A DNA stretch of 64,000 nucleotides from IMG/VR virus record IMGVR_UViG_3300020207_000019, one strand, 5' to 3'. The DNA comes from an uncultured virus (IMG/VR IMGVR_UViG_3300020207_000019) (Duplodnaviria; Heunggongvirae; Uroviricota; Caudoviricetes). The notes under the pieces were generated by a model. The model had not been told where the DNA came from, did no database searches, and saw nothing but the letters and a program-made list of their open reading frames with translations. The position numbers were made by a program, and so were the translations under genes. How positions within the stretch are numbered: the stretch's first letter is position 1; every line of letters starts with the position of its first letter. Shown in pieces: positions 47,033 through 56,264 of the stretch.

Positions 47033-47497
47033 TTATTTAATTAAACCAGTTTTATAAACAGTTCTGCCATCTTCTTTCATAGCAGTTAAAGCAAGTTTTC
47101 GGTTATCACCGTTTGCTTTATATGAAACATGAACCCAACCAGAATCAGGAATACCCGGTGTATAAAATTCTAAAATGACTTGGTCGAATTCTGTATTTTT
47201 TACAATCCATTCTGCCACTTCGGCATTTGGAACTCCCGGCACCTCAATATCAACCGCTTCACCATAACAATGTTGGCTAGTTGGTGTTCCGCCAACAGCT
47301 TCATTAAGTTTAGGTCCTCTATAACCAGAATTGATAACTGTTGGACCAAATCGGTCTCTTACAGGTTGAACAACATTTTCAAACAAAGCTTTAGCTGCCG
47401 TTAGATGTTGGTCATTTGGAGTGTTATCAATATCCAAACGAAGAGCTGTTTGGCTCTTTGTATATTCTGCTAATGTAAAATTTTTTGATAAGTTCAT
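47033..47497 (-). CDS. peptidase M15A-family endolysin
   Basis: LSKNFTL.E, SGYR...N..VGG...SQH..GEAVD and WVHVS. Confidence 0.9.
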   Translation of the reverse strand: MNLSKNFTLAEYTKSQTALRLDIDNTPNDQHLTAAKALFENVVQPVRDRFGPTVINSGYRGPKLNEAVGGTPTSQHCYGEAVDIEVPGVPNAEVAEWIVKNTEFDQVILEFYTPGIPDSGWVHVSYKANGDNRKLALTAMKEDGRTVYKTGLIK

Positions 47498-47511
47498 AAT
47501 CTTTTTCCTAT

Positions 47512-47537
47512 AAAATAAAGGGGTGATTTCTCACCCC
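47512..47537 (-). terminator. intrinsic terminator
   Basis: GGGGTGA-GAAA-TCACCCC followed by a T-rich tail. Confidence 0.8.
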
Positions 47538-47544
47538 GTTATAT

Positions 47545-47805
47545 TTATTTCTGATTAATAAAGCTATACATCTTCTCAGCTGTTTGAAGAACCATGTCGA
47601 GACCTGGATACTGAGGCATATCAACTTTAGTTACAACCTCACCAGTTGTTGCATCTTTTTTGGTTGTTAATTCCCAACCAGCGAATTTTGTATGGTATTC
47701 ATCCAAAACCAATTCTTTAGCCATTGCTAAAACATCAGTGCGGATTTCGTAACCTGTTTTGTTGAATTTTACTTCTGGTAATTTTGGTGTTTCAAATTTA
47801 GACAT
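47545..47805 (-). CDS. conserved hypothetical protein
   Basis: GYEIR..VL.MAK...AEKMYSF; AAGGAG RBS. Confidence 0.7.
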   Translation of the reverse strand: MSKFETPKLPEVKFNKTGYEIRTDVLAMAKELVLDEYHTKFAGWELTTKKDATTGEVVTKVDMPQYPGLDMVLQTAEKMYSFINQK

Positions 47806-47837
47806 AATTTTCTCCTTGTGTGTCTGTGTTTGTGTGT

Positions 47838-47870
47838 AAAAAAGATGGGAGTAGTTATACCCCCACCTTT
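47838..47870 (-). terminator. intrinsic terminator after hsp20
   Basis: AAGGTGGGGGTA-TAAC-TACTCCCATCTT followed by a T run. Confidence 0.7.
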
Positions 47871-48358
47871 CATTTAGTTTCTTTCAAAAGCTCTTGCTTG
47901 TGTAGTTTAAGTTCTTTACCAATTTCAATTTTACGAGGTTTTTTATTTTCAGGAATTACATTCTCTAAACCAATTCGTAAAATACCATCTTTATATTCGG
48001 CACCATGAACTTCTACTGTGTCAGCAATTTTCAATGTCTTTGTGAAAGCTCTGAGACCAATGCCTTTGTGTAGATATGTGATATCTGCCAAATCAGCATT
48101 TTTCTCATCTTTGTTGCCCTTTACAATTAAATGTCCGTCATCAACAGTAATGTCAATTTCATCTTTTGAATAACCAGCAACCGCTAGTTCAACGACATAA
48201 TGATAGTCATCAACTTTAACGATATTGTGTGGTGGAAAAGAGTGATTTGTTTTTTCTGTTGTAGCTTCTAACATTCTCTCAACTTCATTAAATAAATTTT
48301 CAAACCCAAGTGTTGAGTGATATAAAGGTGTAAATGAAAAGCGATTTGCTAATGTCAT
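47870..48358 (-). CDS. small heat-shock protein Hsp20 (IbpA-like)
   Basis: FPPHNI, ELAVAG, YLHKGI..RAF and DGIL...PE.KKPRKI. Confidence 0.93.
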   Translation of the reverse strand: MTLANRFSFTPLYHSTLGFENLFNEVERMLEATTEKTNHSFPPHNIVKVDDYHYVVELAVAGYSKDEIDITVDDGHLIVKGNKDEKNADLADITYLHKGIGLRAFTKTLKIADTVEVHGAEYKDGILRIGLENVIPENKKPRKIEIGKELKLHKQELLKETK

Positions 48359-48453
48359 GTTATATTCTCCTTATTAAGCAAGATTAAAAAAGCGAGACCC
48401 TAGTTAGGCATCTCGCTTATATTTATAACATATTTGGTCTAAAAATGAGGCAA

Positions 48454-48861
48454 TTAATGTTGTTCGCCTGGTTTTTTTCCAATATTATATTTTGCAATTA
48501 AATCCCAATCGTCTTTTTCTTTGAACGATATGATTTTAATTTGATGTAAAGGTGCTACATTGTCCTCAAGTAATTTTGGGTTCATAATTTTAATCAGACC
48601 CCATTCTTCTAACAACTTAGCTATTGCGTTTCTTCTTTGAATGTCATTCTCGGATATATTTGATGGTTTGCCGTCAAGAGCAAACAGTTCTTTAAAATGA
48701 ACGATATAATACTTGCCTTGCTTATGTAAAATGTGGCAAGACTGATAAAGAACTTTTTCTTTGCGTGAAGAGACCCCAATTCGGGTTAAAGTCTCTCTCA
48801 CTTTTAGAAAGTCATCTTGGTGTTTGAGTGTGACTTCTATAAAATTGTTTAAATCTACCAT
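48454..48861 (-). CDS. regA: translational repressor RegA
   Basis: DFLKVRETLTRIG, LYQSCHILHKQG.YYIVHFKELF. Confidence 0.95.
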   Translation of the reverse strand: MVDLNNFIEVTLKHQDDFLKVRETLTRIGVSSRKEKVLYQSCHILHKQGKYYIVHFKELFALDGKPSNISENDIQRRNAIAKLLEEWGLIKIMNPKLLEDNVAPLHQIKIISFKEKDDWDLIAKYNIGKKPGEQH

Positions 48862-48862
48862 T

Positions 48863-49255
48863 TTATTTTTTCTTTCCTAAACCGCCAGTGTTAGCCATTT
48901 GTTTTAATTCTTCTATCTGTTGTTGTGTGAGTATAGACAGGACTTCTTTGGCTTTTTGGTCGGAGATATGATACACTTGCTTTATACATTCTATATCATC
49001 ACTCTTTACAGTCTTAACCCACTTAGCAAATGGTCTTTTATTTTTTCTTACTATATTTAGTAAAAAATCATTTTGTAACTTGTTATCCAAGTGATGGTGT
49101 TGATTCATTTCATTAGCATAAAAGATACAATCACGGTGATAAGATAATGAACGGTTTGTGAGAAATGGCTTGTATTCTTTTTCAGTTAGTTCATCAACAA
49201 TAAGTTGTTTGTTACCTGAAAGAATCTCTTTTACATAATCAAAAGGGCTACTCAT
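48863..49255 (-). CDS. clamp loader small subunit (gp62-like)
   Basis: Y.PF..NR.LS...D....ANEMN; synteny between gp44 and regA. Confidence 0.88.
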   Translation of the reverse strand: MSSPFDYVKEILSGNKQLIVDELTEKEYKPFLTNRSLSYHRDCIFYANEMNQHHHLDNKLQNDFLLNIVRKNKRPFAKWVKTVKSDDIECIKQVYHISDQKAKEVLSILTQQQIEELKQMANTGGLGKKK

Positions 49256-50187
49256 TACTTGAACTCACAATTTGCCATGAGTTCGGTCAAACAAGCCACT
49301 AGATTAATTTCACCATCAGCAACAAAAGCATTTTTGTATTGATAGTCAGCAATAATTAAAACAGCTTGTGGTATTGATTTTGGTTTCATCGTTTCATACA
49401 AGGCATCATATAGTTGCCTAAAGAAAGTATTTGAATCAATATCATTAACACCAACCCATTTACGAATAGCACCAAAGTCTTTTGCTTTGATATGTTTAAT
49501 AATATCATCAAGTTTAGCATCACCAATCTGAGCAAGAATGCCAGTATCAATTTTACCAAATTGAGAGTATCTTTGTAGTTCATTGATTACTCTTCTGAAA
49601 TCTGGAAAATGTTTTGTAATCAGATTAGCAATTACTGGTTTTTCAAACTCAACCTTTTCAATATTCAAAACATATTCAATTCTTTGCATGAATTGTTTTG
49701 CCATTTCAGCCTTTTCATTATTCTTCAATGCAAAATCAACAACCGCACATCGACTATGTAAAGGTTCGATAATACGATTCTTATAATTACAAGTAAAAAT
49801 AAATGAACAATTACCAGCAAACTCTTCAATTGCATTACGAAGAGCTGGTTGAGTTGAGTTTGGATTTAGATAATCTGCCTCATCAATGATAATAACTTTT
49901 CTGCCACCGGCAAGTGACATAGATGAAGCATAGTTTTTGATTTTGGTTCTGAAAGTATCAATGCCACTTTCATCTGAACCATTGATAACTAGATAATCAC
50001 AACCAATCTCTTCACACATAGCTTTTGCAACGGTGGTTTTACCAACGCCTGCGCCGCCAGATAAAAGGAGATTAGGGATATTCTTTTGATTGACATATTC
50101 TTGAAATGGTTTTTGTAACCTTTCAGGTAATATACAATCAACAATCTTTTTAGGTCGGTATTTCTCCGTCCATAATAAATGTTCCAT
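49255..50187 (-). CDS. clamp loader large subunit (gp44-like)
   Basis: EKYRP, GVGKTT, DEAD and SRC. Confidence 0.95.
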   Translation of the reverse strand: MEHLLWTEKYRPKKIVDCILPERLQKPFQEYVNQKNIPNLLLSGGAGVGKTTVAKAMCEEIGCDYLVINGSDESGIDTFRTKIKNYASSMSLAGGRKVIIIDEADYLNPNSTQPALRNAIEEFAGNCSFIFTCNYKNRIIEPLHSRCAVVDFALKNNEKAEMAKQFMQRIEYVLNIEKVEFEKPVIANLITKHFPDFRRVINELQRYSQFGKIDTGILAQIGDAKLDDIIKHIKAKDFGAIRKWVGVNDIDSNTFFRQLYDALYETMKPKSIPQAVLIIADYQYKNAFVADGEINLVACLTELMANCEFK

Positions 50188-50216
50188 TCACACACCTCAT
50201 AATATAATAATAAAAA

Positions 50217-50894
50217 TTAAGCACCAAATTTAGAACCTTGTTCAGTTGTAACCCAATATTGTAAGTCGGCGTCTTTGTTTTTAAAATGTGAGATACCTTT
50301 TGATGAGATATTCACACTATAATTACCTGGTAAAATCTTTGATAGATTTTCTGTTTTGAAAATCATTTTATAAACTTTACCATCACCGTCACCAAGTTCG
50401 AGTGTGTTTGTATGAGCAGAATCATTTGCTGTATCTAATGTAGCAAGATTAACTTTTTTACCATCAGATTCAACAGCAATTTGTGGAGAAGAAAGAACAG
50501 AAGCTGTTCTCATAATATCATCAAAGTCATCTTCTGATAATGAGATTGAGATTTCAGGATCAGGCATTGCTAATTCTTTTTCAGGAGGTGTAACAATCAT
50601 TGTTGGCTCACAAAAACGATACTTTGTTTTAGAACGACCTTTGTTGCCAACAATCACAACATTCTTATCTTCAAATTCAAATGTTGGATCAGCACTCAAT
50701 GAGATTACTGATAAAAAGTTATTTAAATCATAAACACCAAATTCGGCAGGAACTTCTTCATTAATATTTGCTTGTGCAAGAATATTTTTATGAGAAGAAA
50801 CCGTCTTTAGTGTTTTACCTTTCTTAAAGAAGATGCCTTGGTTGATAGCACCAAAGTTCTTTAAGATTGATATAGTTTGTGTAGATAATTTCAT
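50217..50894 (-). CDS. sliding clamp (gp45-like)
   Basis: MKLS..T..ILKNF..IN and FGVYDLN.FL; synteny. Confidence 0.92.
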   Translation of the reverse strand: MKLSTQTISILKNFGAINQGIFFKKGKTLKTVSSHKNILAQANINEEVPAEFGVYDLNNFLSVISLSADPTFEFEDKNVVIVGNKGRSKTKYRFCEPTMIVTPPEKELAMPDPEISISLSEDDFDDIMRTASVLSSPQIAVESDGKKVNLATLDTANDSAHTNTLELGDGDGKVYKMIFKTENLSKILPGNYSVNISSKGISHFKNKDADLQYWVTTEQGSKFGA

Positions 50895-51169
50895 AATGTA
50901 TTTTCCTTCGTCAAGTCATGATTGTGTAACGCTATAATACCATAGTGTAACACTTTTAAAAGGTCTTTGCGGTTATAACCATCTTTTTTGCCGTATCTTT
51001 GGGCATATTTCATGATATTACCAATACAAAAACCGTCACCGTGGCCACTGTCGAGAATAAATTCAGTTGCCTGAAACTTATTTTTGGAATAATGCTCACC
51101 ATAAGTTTCATCGATATACTTTTTTAATTCTTTAAGTAACCTATCTTCACTATATTTGTAGTTTATCAT
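50891..51169 (-). CDS. DUF3310-like protein
   Basis: GFCIGNIMKYAQRYGKK.G...DL.K..HY. Confidence 0.75.
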   Translation of the reverse strand: MINYKYSEDRLLKELKKYIDETYGEHYSKNKFQATEFILDSGHGDGFCIGNIMKYAQRYGKKDGYNRKDLLKVLHYGIIALHNHDLTKENTL

Positions 51170-51981
51170 AATTTACCTGTGTATTTTGCCACAGCAGGCA
51201 TATCACCAGCAAATGCGTAAGTACCAATATGTTGGTTTTTCATCCAAGGACACATCCAAATTTCACCACCAATCTTACGCCACATTTGGCAGAACATATA
51301 ATCTTCTGAAAGATATCTATCTGAACCACCACCAGTAGGACTATCTTTAGAATCAATTACTGTATCAAAGTAAGCGTGAATATATCTTGAACCGTCAAAG
51401 TTTGCTTGGCCTATATGGTCTGGTTTGTATTGAATTTTTGGATATGCTTTTGCAATCTTATCAAACACTTCTCTTTTCACCATCATATGACCAGTACCAA
51501 TTTCTAACACCTCAATTGGTTCAGTTACTTGAAATTGTTTTGTGCCTTTTACAACATTAAAAACATATTCACCAACTAAACTTGGTAATTCTTTTGCATC
51601 CATATTTGGATGTTTTCTTGCAGCTTCAGCAATATTTCTCCAATTAATTGATTTTTTAGGGTAAGGGCCACCAATTACATCTTTATCCAATGCTAAAAGA
51701 GCTAATATGTCTTGTGGATTAAAATGAATATCAGAATCGATAAACATTAAATGTGTATATCCCGACCTTAAAAATTCATCAACAAGGTAATTTCTTGCTC
51801 GAGTAATTAATGATTCATTAAAAAGAAATGAGAATTTGGTTTCAATACCATATTTTGATAATATGGTTTGGGTATCTAAAGCCGCCTTTGCGTAAAGACC
51901 GTAACATTGGCCGCCATACATTGGCGTAGCAATAAACAGTTTATGTTTCTTCAACTCATCAACATTGATTTTTATTTCCAT
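51166..51981 (-). CDS. GT-A fold glycosyltransferase-like protein
   Basis: ATPMYGG, ESLITRARN, FIDSDI and LSEDY.FC. Confidence 0.7.
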   Translation of the reverse strand: MEIKINVDELKKHKLFIATPMYGGQCYGLYAKAALDTQTILSKYGIETKFSFLFNESLITRARNYLVDEFLRSGYTHLMFIDSDIHFNPQDILALLALDKDVIGGPYPKKSINWRNIAEAARKHPNMDAKELPSLVGEYVFNVVKGTKQFQVTEPIEVLEIGTGHMMVKREVFDKIAKAYPKIQYKPDHIGQANFDGSRYIHAYFDTVIDSKDSPTGGGSDRYLSEDYMFCQMWRKIGGEIWMCPWMKNQHIGTYAFAGDMPAVAKYTGKL

Positions 51982-51998
51982 AATATAATTCCATAATT

Positions 51999-52038
51999 AA
52001 AAAAAAGAGTGGCATAATTATATATGCCACCCTCTTTT
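51999..52038 (-). terminator. intrinsic terminator
   Basis: GTGGCATA...TATGCCAC hairpin flanked by A and T runs. Confidence 0.7.
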
Positions 52039-52054
52039 AGATTAAGCATTAGTT

Positions 52055-52399
52055 TTAGGCAAATGCTTTCTCACCTTGTTGGCGTAGGTACTCAACACCA
52101 GCCGCAACGACTTTGCGAGATGGTGTGCCCAAACGATAGAAATTAACTTTTTTACCATTAACTTTTTTAGAGTTCATGTAAATAGCGTGACCTTCTTTGC
52201 GAAGTTCATCGATACGAGCAGCAACATTCTTGATACCGAACATTGATTGAGCTTTAGCAACTGTTAATGTATTATAGCCAGATGTTTTCGAAAGATAGCC
52301 TAGCATTTTATACTTAGCTGCATTTGATACTTTAGTCATTAGTATGTCTCCATAATGTAATGTCGCAGGTAAAAAACATTCTGGTGTTGCGACCTTCAC
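52055..52399 (-). CDS. winged-HTH DNA-binding protein
   Basis: FGI.NV.ARI.ELR.EG..I...YRLGTPSR. The likely start is MTKVSN after GGAG. Confidence 0.7.
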   Translation of the reverse strand: MKVATPECFLPATLHYGDILMTKVSNAAKYKMLGYLSKTSGYNTLTVAKAQSMFGIKNVAARIDELRKEGHAIYMNSKKVNGKKVNFYRLGTPSRKVVAAGVEYLRQQGEKAFA

Positions 52400-52445
52400 C
52401 AGAATGTTATTATTATATCAAATTTAATTTAAAATTGAGGCAAAG

Positions 52446-53666
52446 TTAAAAAGGATTTCCGTCAGATTCAATCTCATCTGTTTCGGGTTCCTCTTCAACT
52501 TCAGGTTCTTCAACTTTGAGAATATCATCTACTGAAGCACCAGCATCAACTTTTGAATACAAGTCAATGAATGAGAATTTGGTTTCATCATCAAACCTGT
52601 TTAAGCAGTATGATAATGCTTTAGTTTTATCACCAAAGATACTGAATGTTTCAACAATTTGAACCAATCTTCTGGTTGAAACAACCTCATCACAACCACC
52701 TTCATTGAAAGTTTTTCTGATGGCGTCTGCCCATGTTACAAGTTTATCAGAAAAATCTTCATCAGTAAGACCCGCTTTGGCTAGTTCACCATTGATAATT
52801 TTTTTCTCAACAGCGGCGGGTGGCCAATCTTGTTCGTAAGTGTTTCTGAACCTTTCAAGGAATGCTTCGTTCAGAACATTTGTGAAAATATAACGGCCGT
52901 CCTCAGAACCTTTGCCTTTTGTGTTAGCTGTGGCAAAAATAGTGAAACCCGGAGATGGGGTAACCATTTCGCCTTTTTTCTTCAGCATAAATGGTTTGCC
53001 TTCTAACACACGCTGAAGACAACTTAGGTTCTGAGCGCCGTAATCAATTTCGTCAATACATAATACCGCACCTTCACGAGCGGCAGTTGTTACAGGACCA
53101 TCTCTCCACTCCATCTGACCGTCTATGAGAACATAGTTACCAAGCAAATCTGCTTCATCGGTTTCTGGTGTCATGGACACAATAACAAATTTTCGTTTTA
53201 ATTTTGCACAAGCCTGTTCGATAGACATTGTTTTACCGTTGCCTGACTGACCTGAAACAAAAACAGGAAAGAATTTACCAGACTTGATAATGGCAACAAT
53301 ATCACTGAAATTACCAAACGGTACATAATTATCATAAACAGCAGGAACCAAATCAGTCATCGATAATTCAGTAGTCACATTAGCGATACGATTGCCTGAA
53401 GTTTTAATGGTTACATTTGGCATTGGAACAACTTTGTTAATTATAGGTTTCACTGAAACTGCTGGTTGTAAAGCAATTGCAACATCAGTTGGAACCTTGT
53501 AAAGTCCTCGTGATAATTTGTTGTCGGACTTTTTGGTAAACCAACCAAAACTTTTCAAACCGACTTCTTTACCAATTTTATTGATTTCGGTTCGAGTGAG
53601 TGAAACTTTACCAGTTTCTTTTAACTTTTCTAAAAAAAGTTTTCTATCGTTTTTCAAATTAGACAT
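52446..53666 (-). CDS. CobS/MoxR-like AAA+ ATPase
   Basis: GQSGNGKT, IDEID, ATANTKG, NEAFLERF and STRRL. Confidence 0.9.
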   Translation of the reverse strand: MSNLKNDRKLFLEKLKETGKVSLTRTEINKIGKEVGLKSFGWFTKKSDNKLSRGLYKVPTDVAIALQPAVSVKPIINKVVPMPNVTIKTSGNRIANVTTELSMTDLVPAVYDNYVPFGNFSDIVAIIKSGKFFPVFVSGQSGNGKTMSIEQACAKLKRKFVIVSMTPETDEADLLGNYVLIDGQMEWRDGPVTTAAREGAVLCIDEIDYGAQNLSCLQRVLEGKPFMLKKKGEMVTPSPGFTIFATANTKGKGSEDGRYIFTNVLNEAFLERFRNTYEQDWPPAAVEKKIINGELAKAGLTDEDFSDKLVTWADAIRKTFNEGGCDEVVSTRRLVQIVETFSIFGDKTKALSYCLNRFDDETKFSFIDLYSKVDAGASVDDILKVEEPEVEEEPETDEIESDGNPF

Positions 53667-53702
53667 GATATAATCTCCTTTATTTCACTATCTTATGTGG
53701 CC

Positions 53703-53730
53703 ATTATAACACAACTGGACCAAAAGTCAA
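53703..53730 (-). promoter_or_regulatory. sigma70-like promoter TTGACT-N16-TATAAT
   Basis: Upstream of the CobS-like gene. Confidence 0.7.
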
Positions 53731-53734
53731 GCCC

Positions 53735-56044
53735 CTAAGCAGCAATTTTTTCAATAAATTTACTGACCAGAACCCTATTTACTTGCTTACTTTTATTTAC
53801 TTTCATAAATGCTGTTTTTAATTTACTTGCAGTAATTTTACCATTTACTTCAATCTCGGGGTCTTTTACTTTGAGTGATTTACCACCAAGAATTAAATAA
53901 AAGTCATTGAAGCCTTTTTTATTACCAATAAGCATTTTATCTTTTCTGAATTTTTTAACAGCTTCTTTTATTTCATTCCAATCATATCTGTAACCGTCTG
54001 TATGGTCCAGATATTCTCTATCAACAGCAGATTTAACATCTCTTGAGCTAGAACCATCTACAATGTAAAAACCAATTACTTTTGAACCGGTATATTTTTT
54101 ATACCATTGAACGGTTGTATTAAAAATGAAATCATAAGAATCATATTCATCACCAAGTTTTGATTGAAATTGAATTCTATTATCTCTAACAATAATATTT
54201 TCTTCATTTTGTAACCAGTGTTTGTGATACCATCTCTCTTCGTTTGAAGAACTGAACGGGTCAAGACCATAATATTGATATTGTCTTACTCCGTCAGCAT
54301 CACCATCATGCACAACCACCAGATTAACAAGGTCAAGATTTTTAGATTTTTTAAAACCTTTTGTATAATCACCTAAACAATAAATTGCCTGGCTGAGTGG
54401 CGTGTTTGTAAGTTTTTCATTATTTGGAACATTAGGATAAGTTCTGTAATTTTCAAAAGAATTTCTCCAATCACTTCTATGTTCCCAAGCTTTCATTAAC
54501 AACACCATATTCTTGGCAGCTTTTGTATATTCAACATTATTCATATCAGAATTGATGTATTCTCTTAATTGAACTATATCCCAAGCAATCGTGTTTGTTT
54601 TTTTCTCAAAAATTTCTGGTTTGATATCTTCTTCAATATCTCTATCATATTGCCACACGCTTCTGTCATTACTGAATGTCATCACGGTAAATGGAATATT
54701 TACTTTACGGCAGAAACCAGCAAGAACTAAAATCTGCTCAATTGAACCTGCTAGATTTGAATACATTGAACCAGAATAGTCAAGTAACAATATAAGTCCG
54801 TGTGATTTACCTTTTGGAACAATCATCGCTTTTCTGAAAATGTTATCATCAAATTTATAACTAGCAAGTTTATTGATATCTAATTCACCAGTGCTTGATA
54901 CTTTTCTTTTTGCAAATACTTTTGCCGCTTTTTTCATTTCAAATTCTTTAGCAAGAAGCGAAATGTATTTGTCATTTTTCTTTTTGAATTCATTATAAAA
55001 CTTATCAATGTTTTCTCTTGGAAACCAATCATCTGATATTTGTTTTTCAAAATCTTTTGTTAAAAGCTCTTGAACTCGTTTAGCTGGTGTAATAACATCT
55101 TTATAATTTTTAACTTTTGGAAATTCAAGGTAACGATAAGGCTTACATTGTTCATCAACTAATCTACCTTCGTTATCTCTGTAATTCTCATCTGTTTGGC
55201 AAGACGGTGTGAATTCTTGGTCAAATTCAGAAGCATTATCTTCTTTAACTCTATTGATAACTTGTTGTTTGGATTCAAACCAGGGGGTGTCTTCTTCACC
55301 ATCATCATTATTCCCACTAGAAGCTTGACTATCGTCTTCAACTTCTTTTTTATCTTCTGCTTCAGGTTCGATTGTGTTTTCATTATCTTCACTATCAAAT
55401 TCATCACCATCTTCGAGTTCTTCATCATCACCTAAATTGATATCAAATGAAAGTTCGTCTTCATAATCTAATTGTTCGTCTTTAGAATAATCATAAATTT
55501 CTTTTGTAACAGCAACAACATCGTCCCAACTTTCTGCAGCTTTTACTTTTTCTAAAAGTTTAGTTTCATATTCATTGAAATCAACAGGCAGAACATATTG
55601 AGATTTTGTGAAAAGATTTAATCTATCGATAAAAGGAAAACTATTGATATCTCTTTTACCAATACCAAAGAAGTCTTTTTTCATTAAGTCAGCATATGCT
55701 TTTTTGAATGATTGTTTAAGACCTGGATATTTTCTTTGAACACGCTTTTCAATTCTAGCGTCTTCAACCACATTTAAAAAGTTTTTGTAGTTTTTACCTT
55801 TAGCTTTATCAACAACAGCATCATGCCATCCTTCTTCAGGCGTAAAGAGTGCGTGACCAACTTCGTGACCACATAATAAGTCATATGTATAACCAGTCAT
55901 ATCAGTCCAGATTGGAAGATATAACACACGATTTTTTACATCAAATTTTGCTGTTGAGATTTTTTGGTGTTCGATTTGAATATTCTCGTTTGCCATCAGT
56001 TTGGCAAGTTGAGATTTGAACTCTTTTAGATTTGTATCTGCCAT
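53735..56044 (-). CDS. CobT-like metallopeptidase-VWA protein
   Basis: HEVGH, NVVEDARIE, acidic linker and LLDYSGSM MIDAS motif; start MADTNL at 56044. Confidence 0.85.
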   Translation of the reverse strand: MADTNLKEFKSQLAKLMANENIQIEHQKISTAKFDVKNRVLYLPIWTDMTGYTYDLLCGHEVGHALFTPEEGWHDAVVDKAKGKNYKNFLNVVEDARIEKRVQRKYPGLKQSFKKAYADLMKKDFFGIGKRDINSFPFIDRLNLFTKSQYVLPVDFNEYETKLLEKVKAAESWDDVVAVTKEIYDYSKDEQLDYEDELSFDINLGDDEELEDGDEFDSEDNENTIEPEAEDKKEVEDDSQASSGNNDDGEEDTPWFESKQQVINRVKEDNASEFDQEFTPSCQTDENYRDNEGRLVDEQCKPYRYLEFPKVKNYKDVITPAKRVQELLTKDFEKQISDDWFPRENIDKFYNEFKKKNDKYISLLAKEFEMKKAAKVFAKRKVSSTGELDINKLASYKFDDNIFRKAMIVPKGKSHGLILLLDYSGSMYSNLAGSIEQILVLAGFCRKVNIPFTVMTFSNDRSVWQYDRDIEEDIKPEIFEKKTNTIAWDIVQLREYINSDMNNVEYTKAAKNMVLLMKAWEHRSDWRNSFENYRTYPNVPNNEKLTNTPLSQAIYCLGDYTKGFKKSKNLDLVNLVVVHDGDADGVRQYQYYGLDPFSSSNEERWYHKHWLQNEENIIVRDNRIQFQSKLGDEYDSYDFIFNTTVQWYKKYTGSKVIGFYIVDGSSSRDVKSAVDREYLDHTDGYRYDWNEIKEAVKKFRKDKMLIGNKKGFNDFYLILGGKSLKVKDPEIEVNGKITASKLKTAFMKVNKSKQVNRVLVSKFIEKIAA

Positions 56045-56074
56045 TTTTTCTCTCTTTTTCACTATCATATGGAT

Positions 56075-56112
56075 AGGATACATCAAAAAAGGCCTTTTGT
56101 CAAGGCCTTTTT
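56075..56112. promoter_or_regulatory. terminator-like hairpin overlapping a minus-strand TTGACA-N17-TATCCT promoter
   Basis: AAAAAGGCCTT-TTGTC-AAGGCCTTTTT palindrome; the -35 box spans the loop. Confidence 0.65.
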
Positions 56113-56141
56113 AGCATTTTTTAGGAGAGTAAAATGAAATT

Positions 56142-56208
56142 TGGAGCGGGGTGTTGGACTTACACCAACTAACTAGATGGGGAACCTAGTTCGATTAACT
56201 CCCCCCGC
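56142..56208 (-). tRNA. non-canonical 67-nt tRNA-Gly(CCC)-like RNA
   Basis: GCGGGGG GA GTTAATCGAA CTAGG TTCCCCA TCTAG TTA GTTGG TGTAAGT CCAAC ACCCCGC T CCA. Acceptor, anticodon and T stems pair, and CCA is encoded. Confidence 0.8.
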
Positions 56209-56221
56209 ATTTTCAGTAACC

Positions 56222-56249
56222 ATTATACACAGATTTTTATAAAAGTCAA
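56222..56249 (-). promoter_or_regulatory. sigma70-like promoter for the tRNA-like gene
   Basis: TTGACT-N16-TATAAT ends 13 nt before G1. Confidence 0.75.
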
Positions 56250-56264
56250 GCATTATTTTTATTA

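Noticed and set aside
52446..56044. Cobalamin biosynthesis (cobS/cobT) as a metabolic gene pair
   Set aside because: No cobN or other cob genes are present. A MoxR-type ATPase plus VWA pair is common in T4-like phages and is more plausibly a chaperone system.
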